This document shows positions 1-11,810 of a DNA stretch of 64,000 bases, in pieces. The DNA lies in assembly GCA_002633005.1 (NCBI GenBank), contig NMRA01000003.1, forward strand, positions 2,040,727-2,104,726. The letters are read 5' to 3'. Within the stretch, counting starts at the first letter, position 1; every line of letters begins with the position of its first letter. The position numbers were made by a program, and so were the translations under genes. Under the pieces are notes generated by a model. It searched no databases. It saw only the letters and a program-made list of their open reading frames with translations, and was not told the origin of the DNA. This DNA comes from Phoronis australis (Eukaryota; Animalia; Phoronida).

Positions 1-62
1 GCGGATTCGACTAACCTGGAACCTTCGCACTTTCAGTCAAACGATTTTCTGACGAAGCTAAA
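1..62 (-). mobile_element. Degenerate tRNA-like (probable SINE head) fragment at the window edge
   Basis: Reverse complement reads TTAGCTTCGTCAG..GACTGAAAGTGCGAAGGTTCCAGGTTAGTCGAATCC, resembling A-box, anticodon arm and a damaged B-box; it does not fold as an intact tRNA. Confidence 0.3.
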
Positions 63-215
63 TCCTACTATGTTTAGTTGCCTAAAACGAAATTGAAGTT
101 GGCCTTTTACTCACCGTGACGTAAGTCAGCTAGGGGTCTCATTATGTTCTCTACCATGACAGGAATCTATTTCCGTTAGGGTTATACTCAAGTCATAGGC
201 AATGCTTTTATAAAT

Positions 216-371
216 CAGTGCTGTATTGGTAAAATTAGAGGTAAGTAGGCTCCCAAAGCTCACCGTATCACCTTGAGCACTGAACTTAACTTACGGTGCG
301 TAGGCGCTACGTTCAAATCCCAAAAGGTGGTTGGCTGCGCCTACGTGCGCCTACGCCCCACTACAGCACTG
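216..371. mobile_element. Short MITE-like element
   Basis: Terminal inverted repeats CAGTGCTGTA...TACAGCACTG; no matching TSD. Confidence 0.45.
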
Positions 372-560
372 TCGTATATTGCGCCATTTTTGAATCCGGA
401 ATTTTAGGGTTGGCCAACCCCAATAAAATCTGGAGTGTTCCTTTAAGTCGCTGATGATTTCAACGTTCTTGTTGATAAAAGAAACGAATTCCTCGGAACA
501 TTAAGATAGCGATTTGATTGGAGTAAAATGCTTACAATTTTCGTACTACAACTTCTCTCC

Positions 561-676
561 CACCTAGATAGGCGCACGACGCACCAACCACAAACTTCCT
601 CACCTAGATAGGTGCACGACACATCAACCACAAACTTACTCACCTAGATAGGCGCACGACGCACCAACCACAAACT
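561..676. repeat. 40-bp tandem repeat (~3 copies) spanning an exon end and splice donor
   Basis: Unit CACCTAGATAGGCGCACGACGCACCAACCACAAACTT.CT starts at 561, 601 and 641. Confidence 0.95.
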
Positions 677-760
677 CCCAGCGTACCGCCGTGCAGTTTT
701 CTGCACCCGTGACACACAATGCAGCTAGAATGGGCGACATCAGCAGGGCCGCGTAAAATC
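644..760 (-). CDS. SLC35F3: SLC35F3/F4-like transporter, 4th visible coding exon; gene continues left of the window
   Basis: cag acceptor at 761-763, gtgagt donor at 638-643; 117 nt, phase 1 to 1; encodes (G)FYAALLMSPILAALCVTGAENCTAVRWEFVVGASCAYL, hydrophobic and in frame with the previous exon. Confidence 0.75.
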
Positions 761-844
761 CTGAACAAGAAAGAGAAGACGCAATGAAGACCTCGTAGAA
801 GCAATATGAAAATGGCTACTGTGCTATCGTAGCGAAAGACTTGT

Positions 845-1180
845 TCTAAGCGGCAATATACCCGCGTTTCGTCGAAGAAACTAAATTTTGATTTAAATCA
901 CTTACCTCAGTAAAATTGGTCTCAGCTTGTTCCAATGACTAAGATGAGAAGTGTTTTTTTGGTCTCGCAAAGACTGGATAGTCCATTATTATTCAAGAAC
1001 CATGCTCGGCGAATGACATGCCCTGACGAGTCTCGAGCAATAACAAAACTTCCAAGCCCAGAAGTCATAAGCATTACTCACTAAGAAACAATTTGAGATC
1101 ATATACAAATTTCATAAACGTAAGTGGTCTTAACCACAATTCGTTTTTGTGACCGAAGACAAGTTTATGATCGCTTTAAA
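845..1180. mobile_element. Dispersed ~330-bp MITE family A, copy 1 (TTAA-type ends, possibly Kolobok-like)
   Basis: Shares GAAGAAACTAAATTTTGATTT..., CATGCTCGGCGAAT and GTAAGTGGTCT.. blocks with copies at ~14270, ~24300 and ~29330; imperfect long terminal inverted repeats. Confidence 0.6.
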
Positions 1181-1371
1181 TCACAAGTACCAGAAAAAAA
1201 TAGTAAAAAACCAAGACGTTTCGTGAACCCTGAGAACATAGGCCTATTTGTGGCCTGGAAACTTGAAAATAATAATTCTTAACTGCAATAAAAACTCAAA
1301 TTCTACCGTTTTTCGGTTTACAAATTGCTGCTTTGAGTACGAAGTCCAGCCGTTTCGGTGAATCACCTTAC

Positions 1372-1564
1372 CTGTAATGGACAAAAACATTGCGTATTGA
1401 CCGGTGGTCACCCGACCAAATACTCGGACAAAGAGGACTTTAAAACCAGCCATGCCTGACGCTGCTACAGGCACTAGTATTGACCCCCACATAGAGTTAG
1501 TGCCGAAACCGTCTTTATATATCATGAGGATACTCCCGGTCGTTCCAAATATGATGGCTACCAC
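1372..1564 (-). CDS. SLC35F3: SLC35F3/F4-like transporter, coding exon 3
   Basis: cag acceptor at 1565-1567, gtaag donor at 1367-1371; 193 nt, phase 0 to 1; VVAIIFGTTGSILMIYKDGFGTNSMWGSILVPVAASGMAGFKVLFVRVFG resembles the SLC35F3/4 'YADGF..S..G..L.V.AA...A.YKVLF' segment. Confidence 0.85.
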
Positions 1565-2258
1565 CTGAAGAAATAGAAAGCCATTGAATTATTAGTTTTG
1601 CTCATGACTTCAAGATGAATGTAGAAAGTTCATGAAAGTGATGAACTCGAGAGTGTTCGCCTATTTTCCAAAAGTGACTAACAATGAAATACATACGTCA
1701 TACTAAGCCCAAAGAATGAACCGACAATATTAAAAGTATCGGAAAGTTTGTGGGTGGTTTAGTTTTGGCAGGTAGCCTATCTTGTCCGTGGCACACAGGC
1801 GTATTTGCATTTGGCCTAACCGGAAGTTATGTCATTGCCGAGTTTGGCGTTAAAAACCTCCGCGCGGAATCATTTTTCTCATTCATCCAGTTAGTTAAAA
1901 TCAATGTTACGTGGATTAATTTTAACTGCTTTCATTAAATTATTAATGTAGCAGACAACTATGCATTTGAATTGATTTCAGACTTGCAAAGTCGTTTCAG
2001 AGGGCACAATCACTAAAGTGAAATTTGTTTAGAATTTATATATGCGAGAAAAGCAATCTGTGAGGCCAATCTCAGCGCTGCGTCGAACGACGTTGAACGC
2101 CCTGTTGTAACATATAATGTCGCACTCTGCACATATTGTCGCTCCGGCGAAAGTATACGTGGAAAACGCCGACTCATATTGTCTTTCGGGCGACAATACG
2201 GAGTGTCGAGTCTAACGCTCTGCTGCGAGAGTTTACAAACCCAACTCCATAATAAAAT

Positions 2259-2721
2259 CATGCTCGGGCCTCATTTGGCGAAGTGGGCAAAAAGGTCTGC
2301 CCCAGAGAAACAAAAACTCCGAAAAAAGTAGAAAACAAGACAAAAGTCTACTAAGAAGGCAGGAACTACCAAAATTCGACGAATGCACAATTCGTAGCAT
2401 GGGCGCACCCAGCCTTCAATATGGGGGAGGGTCGAATGCCTGACGTGGACCTTTTGGTATCAAAACACGGGCGGACTAAAAAAAACGGGGGTACCACCGT
2501 GAATTGCGCGTTTGTGCTTATTTAGTGGACTTTTGTCTCACTTTTTATTTCTCAGAGGCGGACCTTTTTGCCCACTTCGACAAATGGGGGGGCTCGTTCG
2601 ATACCCCCGAGCCCCCTGGGTGCGCGCATGCGTAGCTCTGAACGTACTCCGTGAATCTTAGTAAAAGGGATCACATTCTCAAAAGTTCGAGCCTCCCATT
2701 TTTAGGCTGGGTGCGCGCATG
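2259..2721. mobile_element. Outer, degenerate copy of a CATG-ended MITE interrupted by a same-family copy
   Basis: 2272-2355 is the reverse complement of the interior of the 2398-2630 element; right end GGCTGGGTGCGCGCATG at 2721; near-TSD AAAAT/TAAAT. Confidence 0.55.
2398..2630. mobile_element. MITE with CATGGGCGCACCCAG/CTGGGTGCGCGCATG TIRs and a 5-bp TSD
   Basis: TSD CGTAG at 2393-2397 and 2631-2635. Confidence 0.85.
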
Positions 2722-3052
2722 TAAATGGCAGGGTATTTTGAACGAATTTAAGTGCTTAAGTCACAGTTCTTAAATTTAGCAAATGCTTGACAGACAAAAG
2801 GGTGAGAATTTGTTAATTTGTGATAAAAAACGCAAAAAACAGCGGGCTTTGTTGTATAGCTCTGGTGGAAATCATAATTTTCGCCGCACAAACGACAATG
2901 TCCCTAAGATGAAATCTGTTTAGATAAATCCGTATTAACTTAATTTACATCTATAAATTATGAAAACTTCATTTTTCCTTTGTGGCTCAGTGGTTACGAC
3001 TCAAGACAGGCATATGTCTACAGCGACGATTCAAATACCGCTGTAGTTTTAT

Positions 3053-3163
3053 TCTATAGCCCCACTTTTTGCAGTGCTACGCCGCACATGGTTTATAGGC
3101 GATGCACCACAGGGGAGCTGATGGGGCTTTAGCCCCCACTTTTTTCAGTGCTGCGCCGCTCGT
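3053..3163 (-). mobile_element. Two adjacent copies (one partial) of the ~70-bp CATGGGCGGCGCA mini-MITE
   Basis: Reverse complement of the unit at 13211-13280 (TAGCCCCCACTTTTTTCAGTGCTGCGCCGC). Confidence 0.75.
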
Positions 3164-3185
3164 GGCAGAATAAAAGTCTACATAC

Positions 3186-3408
3186 CCTAATAGGTATGAA
3201 GTTGACGTGAAGAATAATCCAGGAAAACAAGTAGACGTAGCACGAGTGAACTGCGTAGAGCACAGTGGCGTTCGCAGCTGGCACGAACGCCAGGGCTTTG
3301 ACGTAGGCGTACAAACTGATCATCCAAATACAGGCAAAAACCGTCAGCTTGACTACGGTTATGACAGGCTCGAAATCGTTGTTGGGGTTAAAAATACCCA
3401 GATGGTTC
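3186..3408 (-). CDS. SLC35F3: SLC35F3/F4-like transporter, coding exon 2
   Basis: cag acceptor at 3409-3411, gtatg donor at 3181-3185; 223 nt, phase 2 to 0; ...FACIWMISLYAYVKALAFVPAANATVLYAVHSCYVYLFSWIILHVNFIPIR matches the SLC35F-type 'NY.Y..AL.......T.L......FV.L.SWI.L...F...R' pattern. Confidence 0.85.
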
Positions 3409-3975
3409 CTGGAATTTCAAATATTTAACTTTTTCAAATGCAAACATTTGCGTTTTTGAAAGACTTCCAAGAAAAATTGTTAACAAAATCAACGCTTTGT
3501 TGGTCTTTACGCTAAATTGCTAATAGTGTTTAGGCGTAAATGGTGTTTGCACCTAGCGAAATTTCACAATATGATTTTTTGTTAGCTTAATTCCACAAGC
3601 TGAAGTAGGGTTAGGTCATTAACATTGTCCGCATGCCATATTTTGGGAAAATATTGACAACGGTAAACAGCATACAAGTGCCATTAAACTAAAATCAAAG
3701 AAGCCGAACAGGGTTACCTTTAATTTTGTTGTTTCTACTCATTATCTGGACCCAGCTGGATAAAAGTTATACGTCGTATAGCAACAATGACGTCGCATTA
3801 TCACGCGTCACTTTGTTATTGTTGAACAATGCATCTGACGTCATGCAGCAATCAAACTTATCCAGCGGATAATTTTTGAAGCTTTATGCAACTCAGCACT
3901 GGCTAAGAGGTCGCATGTGGGTAAAAAAACGAAGAAACATTCCACTTTAGAAACCACAACTTAAAAGTTTAGTAC

Positions 3976-4256
3976 CTGAAGGTGCCGACCACATCGAACG
4001 GAGATTCTTTAATGGAAATCCTGAGTAGAAGGAGATAACTTGGGTACACGAGTACCAGGCACATTGTCACTGAAAACACGGTGAAGAACGGTATGGAAAC
4101 GCGCAAGTCTGCCGGGCACTGAGCCAACTCTGTCCAGGTTACAAAACTCACAGCAGTCACCATCATTACTATAAAGCCGAAGAGCAGCGACAGCAGGCGA
4201 CTAGTAACAGAATTATTGCCGCCGCCAGCAACAACGATGCAACTCACAGGTTCCAT
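3976..4256 (-). CDS. SLC35F3: SLC35F3/F4-like transporter, first recognisable coding exon
   Basis: ACCATGG start context at 4256; acceptor at 4262-4264 implies an upstream exon; gtact donor at 3971-3975; 281 nt ending in phase 2; SFVTWTELAQ..PFFTVFSVT..LVLVYP resembles SLC35F TM1-2. Paralogue assignment is uncertain. Confidence 0.8.
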
Positions 4257-5959
4257 GGTTGCTGAAACATAATTCAGTCATCAAAATAAATCGATTCTTC
4301 AAAACTAGACATTTCAGATCTAACAGTCAATTCAGACCTCTAACTTAAGCGTTACTCATTTTCTACATTGATTTTGGCATTTTGCCGGGAACTGATCATT
4401 TCCGCATTTATCGCCAATAAAGGATTGTCTCAAAAGTGACTCCACGAAACCTGCGAGCTGGTGGCTATCGATTAGATAAACGATTTAGATAAGCTGCCAT
4501 CTCCAATGTCGGTAATGTTCAAATAATACCATCAGCTCCATAGAACAAAATCCAGTCCTTAGGCTGAAACTGCAAGAACTATGTCGTATTTTCAGGAACC
4601 ATTATCTCGTTCGATTGTTTCAGGAATAGTCTTACTCCCTTACAAACCGCAAGGGCGCTCTCACTGAGAGTATTGATTTCTTTCTTGATGAATGGATTCA
4701 TTTTCTTGCAAGTTGTTTTTCCTTTCTTGCGCACCATCATTCTTTTTTACACATACACATTTCCATTCTCAGGAACCACAGCTCTGACTCTCTGCTAGGA
4801 GACACTAGTGTTGAGTAGGAAGCAAGTAGTTGGTTTAGTGCACAAAAACTGCATGCACTCTACAACTGGACGATCAGCGCAATGAGTACCTTAAAACTTA
4901 TAAAACTTAAATTGGCAGGTTTGCTCTCCAAGCACAGAAACGTTTTATGTTTTAACAGCAAATTGTTTATTTACCGGAGCCACAATAGCTTCCACTATAT
5001 TTCAGATGATTGCGACAGTTCTCAGTAGGACCTAAAATCAAGGAGGTACTTTGTAGACTGATTTGTCATTGTAAACAGGCTTCTCTAAGAAAAAATTATT
5101 GGTATTGAGAAATAAAGGACTTTACATTTAGTTGCAGTTGCTTGACTCAGGAGGCCCTCACTTGAACACAGGCTTAGGCCCCAGTTATATCTAATCCGTC
5201 TCTGCTTTGAAATGTCAAAGCTTATTGGAGGTGCTCCAAGTTGCAACGGTCTCGGTCTCTCTTCGTTTTGCATAGATGCAAGTGCAAGTACGGCATCCGC
5301 TGTGACTAGATGTGAAACCTGTCGATAAATATGGATCCACGAACACGTGGGTACAAGTAAAACCTTAGTGAAACACAATTTGGCATAAGTTTTGGAAAAA
5401 CCTTAGGCCTTTGGTAGTTGCAATGTCCTATAATAGCAAAAGGTAGCGCCTGTACTTTTCACCATAAAATGGTCCGTTCACTCAGTTAGCAATATTTACT
5501 GACAATTCTGCATTTTCGGCAACTGCTCCTGGCGGCTGCTTCTCGGAGAGTCTATTGTCTTTTGGTTAGCTTATTTCGAGAAATTTGATTCCAACTAAGT
5601 CAGAAAATGTGTCTACAACTTGAAGTCAAAAGACAAATATCCGTAGCCTTGGGACCAGACTAAAAGACAAAATATCAAATTCTAACCATAAATTCTGCGA
5701 GAAGCAGGCCCTGGCAAGGAAGCCCCAATTACCTCAGCATACAGGCAGGTTATTGACTGCGGGAGCTCGCTGAGTGTCTCTTCGATTGGAACAATTGGAC
5801 GGAACTTATTTGCATACGACATGGGGTCTAGGGGCGGTGTAATCGACACTTGGAAGATTGGCTTTTGCGAATTTTTAAAATGCATTTCTCCCTGTTTAGG
5901 TGGCTATAACAAAAATCGAATTATGCCTTCTACTCTCATAAAATCTGTCATACCATATT

Positions 5960-6210
5960 CCTTACCGTTATAAGATTGCATTTCCCTTTTCAAAAAGAAC
6001 ATGGAAACAATCATCTACTTAAGAAATTGCTTCAGAGTCTATTGTTGTTGGCTAACCCGAAAATTGCAAATTTGAAAACGGCACTAGTACACATTGCCTG
6101 TAACTTGGTAACGGAAATCGAATTCTATCATGGTAACGGATATTATGAGACCAATTTGATGAGATTAAAAGTCCTAATTCGATTTTCATTTCATAGCCAG
6201 CAGGGCAAAA
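5960..6210. repeat. Dispersed repeat family B, copy related to ~19780-20050 and a fragment at ~385-430
   Basis: Shared TTGGC.AACCC.AAAA and CTATCATGGTAA.G.AT..TATGAGAC blocks. Confidence 0.5.
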
Positions 6211-8978
6211 TGCAACTTCAAGGAAACATTCTTGTCGAGAAAAGTAGTTTTCTAAGACCAGTCTCAGCGCGGAAACAAAACTGCAACTTCCTCGGTCGCA
6301 GCCGTCTCTCCGCTGGCGGAGTTAAACCTCACTCGAAAAATGGCAGAGTATTTTAAGCTTATTAACTCAGAAAAAGTGACCAGCTTCGGTTTAAGCGAAT
6401 GTCTGGCCAGGTTGACAACGGTGGGAATTAACAATTTGCGGATTTTGTAGTTTCATTGGTGTAGTCAAAGCTAATAACTTCAAAAAGTACACCTGATGCA
6501 ATATCAAAATTAGTTTTTCGGCCGTAAATAGAGAATCTTACACGAGTCTCAAGTTTCATGACAAGGGCAAAACCTCTTGGAAATTAAGGTCAAAATCCTG
6601 AGGCTTATTTGTTTTCTCACATGAACCGTAAAAACGATCTTTTGTGCCGAAAAACTCGACGAGTCTAAAACTTTCAACCACATGACACAACGCAATGTAA
6701 AGTAATTCAGTTACTTTTGTTAATAGTTTAATCTTAAGCTTAACAATTGAAAATTGCGTTGAGCTTTCGTAGCAAATCTTCAAGTTAGAATCTGATAAAC
6801 AGTCTTTGAAGTTGTAATTTTAAAACTTAAAAATGTTTATAAATAACAGTCAGCAAGGCTTCTCCGCGCGTGAGCACTGAATTGACCTTGAGAAAGCACA
6901 GGTAGACAGTCTCATCGCGTTTTTTGAGTTTGGGTTCGTCTCCGTTTGAATGAACGTGGATGTGGAATTCGCCATCGAAGATGGGCTCGTTTAAGAAGTT
7001 GTTTGCATGTCCTTCCTGCTGGGAGTACGTACTGTTGGGACACCCGATTTGTCAATCATAACCTTGTCACCTTCTCGGAATTCCGACATTGTTTGGTTGG
7101 CGCGCGTTTGATTGTTTTAGTGTTTTGAAGACGATAAAATGTAAGACGTATGGATTTCTATTTTGCACTACTTTGTGATTCGCCCATGTAATATAAAAAA
7201 ATATACACTCGGTGTTGTTAACCAGTCGTGTCGTAACACATTCCAGATCACGTGAGAAAATAGATGATGTCCCTTTTACTAGTGTTCTTAAACGGCAGAT
7301 TTCTGTAATTTGGAAGTGGGAATATCTATGAAGGTCAAGTGAATGGTACAGAGACTATTCTTTGATAATCGTAACTACGGCATTGAAGGTAGAACATTGC
7401 AAATTTCTCCGAAAACTTCTCTTGACAAAGTGACAGTAGTTACATACAGGGTTCTCGTATTTTGAGAACCTGATTTCTTTACAGAATAACGGGCATCAAA
7501 CTGGTTCTCAAAAACCGTTGGCAGCAGTAACTATTTCCGACAAATCTGTATAAGTAGTCAGCACGTGTGGGATCTACTGTCTGTTTACTGGGCTCCTCGG
7601 CAAGCTGGTCTGATTTGTCAGTTATTCTCAAACCCTGAAACCATTTCTAAATCGAGTGAGGAAGAGGGGCAGATTTCTCGACAATAAGTGAATAAAAAGT
7701 GGCTTTTGACAGAAGGCGCAGATTTCCCCCTGAAACAAACATGCATTTGGGTTCGTAAACATGCAATAGTACGCGAACCATGATGGAGTATTTGGACGCT
7801 ATAATTAACGATGTAATGCAAAATAAAAATCATTTTCCACGTGAAAAACTTAAACAATATAAAATTCCGTGACATGTACACAAACCTAATTTTGGACTTG
7901 GGACTTCTCCGTCTTTCCTACCTCCGACCTCCCTGGGTGCCTTAGGCTTTATTTGGTTCATCAACCCTGCCCTTCACATGACGCCCCCGTGCGATATTTT
8001 GCCTACGTAGGATCAAGCCTCGACGGTCAACGTATTACAATTAATCTGACAATGTTTTCAAACTGCGACCTCGACAGCTTGGCATCGAGAGGCTTTGACC
8101 AGATAATACACGGGAGTGGAAGCAATCACAAGCGTTAATGTGTCCCCTTGTTGTGTATCGATTAGATAAACGGGTGTTTTTGCCTTGGTATTAGTGTTAA
8201 TTTCCTGCTCAAACGTATTAACTGTCATCTTAGCATCACCATGGTAACCGCGCCTTGTCCAAAGCGAGGAAATTTGACTTGTGAAAAACCTGTAGAGTCA
8301 CTAGTTGAATGCCAGCTTGGTGCACGAAGAAATTCATAATAATCTGAGAACGGCGTAACTTTCACATACGAAAAATGCGTACGCCTATATGTACGTGTAT
8401 CACAAATTGCAGTTGCAAGGATACCAGACAATCGTACGCACAAGCCTCGACATAATTCCCACGGACCAGTGAATCATGCAGTGCAATTATATACCAGGAT
8501 ATCATGCTCTCGAACAAAAGCCAAGCATGCAAACGGCAACTTTATCCATACAAACATCGAATAATCCGCATCGGAATAGTTGTGATGATCTTGTGGTTCG
8601 CATGCACACATTTGCAATTCATAAGAGTACGACTCAATGATTAGAGCGGGTGACTAGCCGCTCGTTCATAAATATATCTATTCTATAGTGTTGCCTTGGG
8701 GTAGTTAACACCGTGGACACCAGGTGAAGAGCTGTTGTGGAGTCTGTCAAATGCACGAGGTTATAGTGTCTACAATTAAAAGTCGTTGGAAGTTATTAGT
8801 TGAAAGGTCTAGCTAGACCCACGTCATTATTTGACATATGTGAAACCGGTCGAGTGTTGGTCTGTCAACACAATCTGATTTTTGTATAGCTTTGATACTT
8901 GACTGTCGTCGCATGTGACAGGGTTTCGAACACCCTGGTCGTATACGACATGATTTTTGGAGCTAATGTGTCGTATGC

Positions 8979-9968
8979 CATAGGCGGATTTAGGGGGGGG
9001 GCCCAGGGNNNNNNNNNNNNNNNNNCCCCCCCCCCTTGGCTGCCGCAAAAAAAAATAAAACAGTAAGAGCGTAGGGAAATGTTGAGTTTATTAATTAACC
9101 CCGGTAATTAAAATTATACGGATGAAAAAAGATTTAAATGTGTCCAATTTCAAGTGTCAAATTCGGAACACGGCGCGTTCGTAACGGAACTAGGGTTAAG
9201 TATAGGCTCTCCCGCGATATCCCAGGCGACCGGCAGTGGCGCTGCGCACTACGACTCAGTTTCCGTCGTCTGCTCCACTGTGCAATGAAGAAAATTTACT
9301 TCATTTTTTATAGAAAATGGAACCTGAGTGACGATGAAAAAACAGAAGCTGCTGGTAAGATGGGAATTTTAATCGAAGCCTTAGTGAATCACTCAGAAAC
9401 TCGCAATACTCTCTTTGTCAAACCTTATGTTAAGACGATTTCCAAAGCAATCCCGTCATTATTGCCAACACGAAAAACGGATTTGGTCTTTTGGGCATTT
9501 GAAGACTATTCTAAATACGACAAATTTGTTAAGAATCGATGGCACAAAACGTATAATAAGCATTACAAAAAGAAGTAGGTTTCGCGCGCAAACGCTGTGG
9601 ACCATAAACAAGTAGGTCTCTTAGAATGAAATCAGTGGTGAAATATTGGTGGTGTAGTGGTAACGCACGCGCGCTCTATGCTCAAGGTCGTGAGTTCGAA
9701 TCTTTGGTACATGCGGTTTTTCCTGTTTGACACGTTCTCCGTATTTTTTTGCCTTTTTTTCTTGGATAATACTTCAGGAATCAAGGAAAATACTTGATTT
9801 TTAGATGTAAAAACAGAAAAATTTCCTGGGCGGGAGGGGGGCAAACCCCCCTCCCGACCTCCCCCCATTCGGTGCTATGCGCATCTACAATCGTGGTTCA
9901 GTTTGCGCAAATGTTTACAGCCGGACAAAAATGTTGGCCCCCCTTGTGATATCCTAGATCCGCCACTG
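8979..9968. mobile_element. ~1-kb non-autonomous DNA element (CAGTGGCGGAT-type TIRs, 5-bp TSD) carrying an ORF and a tRNA-like segment
   Basis: Ends CATAGGCGGATTTAG / CTAGATCCGCCACTG; TSD TATGC at 8974-8978 and 9969-9973; N gap at 9009-9025. Confidence 0.8.
9647..9715 (+). mobile_element. tRNA-derived SINE-like head inside the DNA element
   Basis: A-box TGGTGTAGTGG and B-box GAGTTCGAATC at tRNA-like spacing; no intact cloverleaf. Confidence 0.6.
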
Positions 9969-11535
9969 TATGCGACAGATCGGAATGGTAGACAGGGCTT
10001 TACTCGTCTACGATGTTACGTACTCTACCTGTTTAATATACGTCAAACAAGACCTAGGCCGAACTAGTTCTTTTCACTACGGCTACTGGCATCTACCTGG
10101 GAACCAACATTTGTGGTTCCAAAGCGTGTACAATACGGGCCACCTCTAGGAAGTAGTGAAAACCTTTAATGCGGAAAGTGAGTATTCCTATATACACTTG
10201 AAAAAAATAACAGAATAAAGTTCATTGATTGCTTCACTGTCCCTAACTTGACTTATTCCTGTTTAAAATAAACGATTTCAACTTCACTTAATTGACGCTG
10301 CGTCGGTTTCTAATACGAAAAATATTGATTACAGTCAGATTCAAAATTTGGAAGTTGTGAATGAAGGTAGTAAAAGAAAAATCGAAATTACTGCTTGGTC
10401 TCCAGACAACCAGTATTGAATACAAAAAGAATAAGTGGATTACACCCACCTCGATAACTTACCTTTAGAGCATCACAAACGATCGTATACACGTACCCTC
10501 TGCTTCCCGAAATCCCAAGCGTAAAACCCAACTCTGAGGTATAAGCAATGCAGTGTTATCGACCGCTTCAACCTTCCTCAAGGAAAACAAACTACTCTAT
10601 GCGACAAGTTACACGAGAGACTAATCATTTCTATGAAGACAACGGAGACTGGCTTTGTGAGAGCTATAAGACGATCGCGTGATTAATAAGCAAGTATTAC
10701 TATATTGGACCACCTACGTATTTTGCTAATAATGTGACGAGGCTACGTCTGCGCGTTCCTTTTACATTTTATCTTAGATTTATTACGACCAATTTTGGAA
10801 GTTGTACACATTTTGAATTAAGCGGAAATACAGGCTTATAATACATAGGCCTGCAACTTGCGGCACATCCTTGTGCAAATCAGTCTACGGCTCCCCCCCC
10901 ACCCCCCACCCCCGGTCAATGCAGCCCACTGTGGCTCCCTATTAGCAGGAAAGTTCATAAAACGTAAATGAATGTGAGAAGGTTGACTAGCTTTATTAAA
11001 CAAAACAGCTTTTAGTTGATGGGCAAAATGGCTTTCTTTCGGGAAGGGCATGTATGAAACACCAAGTTATTGTCGCTTTATCGATATGCAAAAAGCTTTA
11101 GACTGGATTGATAGAGATTTGCTATTTTACAAAATTATCAAGTATTGACATTGGGTGTAAATGAAATCTCGGTGGTGAGTCAAATTGAGTAGCGACCTGT
11201 ATACGAACTGGTTTGAAATTACATGTGATGCTAAAGAGGGTGACGCGTTTTCCAATCCACATTATTCTCATTGTTTATAGCAATGACTTGGCTATACTGG
11301 CCTTGATAGGAGACTTCGTGACTTGGTTGCCTCAGTTCTGCTTTGATGACATTGTTATCTTGGCAAAGAAACAACTATCAGTGCTGTGTATGTCAACGGT
11401 TGAATAAAAATGGACATTAACTGTAAATTAAAGTAAACAACAATTAATTTGAAAATTCCATTACAAATATTTAGGGATTGGAGTCACTAAGTTTCTTGAC
11501 TATGGCAATATTTCAAAAGTGCACCACCTATAGAC

Positions 11536-11810
11536 CATGTGCGGCGTAGCACTGAAAAAAGTGGGGGCTATAGCCCCCCCCCCAGCCCCCTGATGGTGCG
11601 CCGCCCATGTTTAGTAATCATGGTGAATTCTCCACGAAAGGTTCCTAAGTTTTTGTGACTTTAAAATCTAACAAGATCATGGGCGGCGCAGTACTGAAAA
11701 AAGTGTGGGCTATAGCCCCCCTGTGGTGCACTGCCCATAACCATGGGCGGCGCAGCACTGAAGAAATGGGGAGCCATTGCCCCCCAGCCCTCTATGGTGC
11801 GCCGCCCATT
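11536..11810 (+). mobile_element. Cluster of three ~70-bp CATGGGCGGCGCA mini-MITE copies
   Basis: Copies at ~11536-11609, ~11678-11739 and ~11742-11810 with TIR CATGGGCGGCGCA/TGCGCCGCCCATG. Confidence 0.85.

Noticed and set aside
561-676. CRISPR-like array
   Set aside because: Units are contiguous with no unique spacers, the context is eukaryotic and there are no cas genes; the same applies to 21241-21480 and 36247-36390
1213-1240. Second hammerhead (CGAAACGTC on the minus strand)
   Set aside because: No CUGANGA/UUGANAA core and no stem II upstream
4630-5378. Candidate upstream coding exons of the SLC35F gene
   Set aside because: Acceptor-like sites exist, but no unambiguous phase-compatible donor or family similarity could be established
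9647-9715. Functional tRNA gene
   Set aside because: A/B boxes are present but the acceptor and anticodon stems do not pair, and it sits within a TE; the 37637 copy is likewise a SINE
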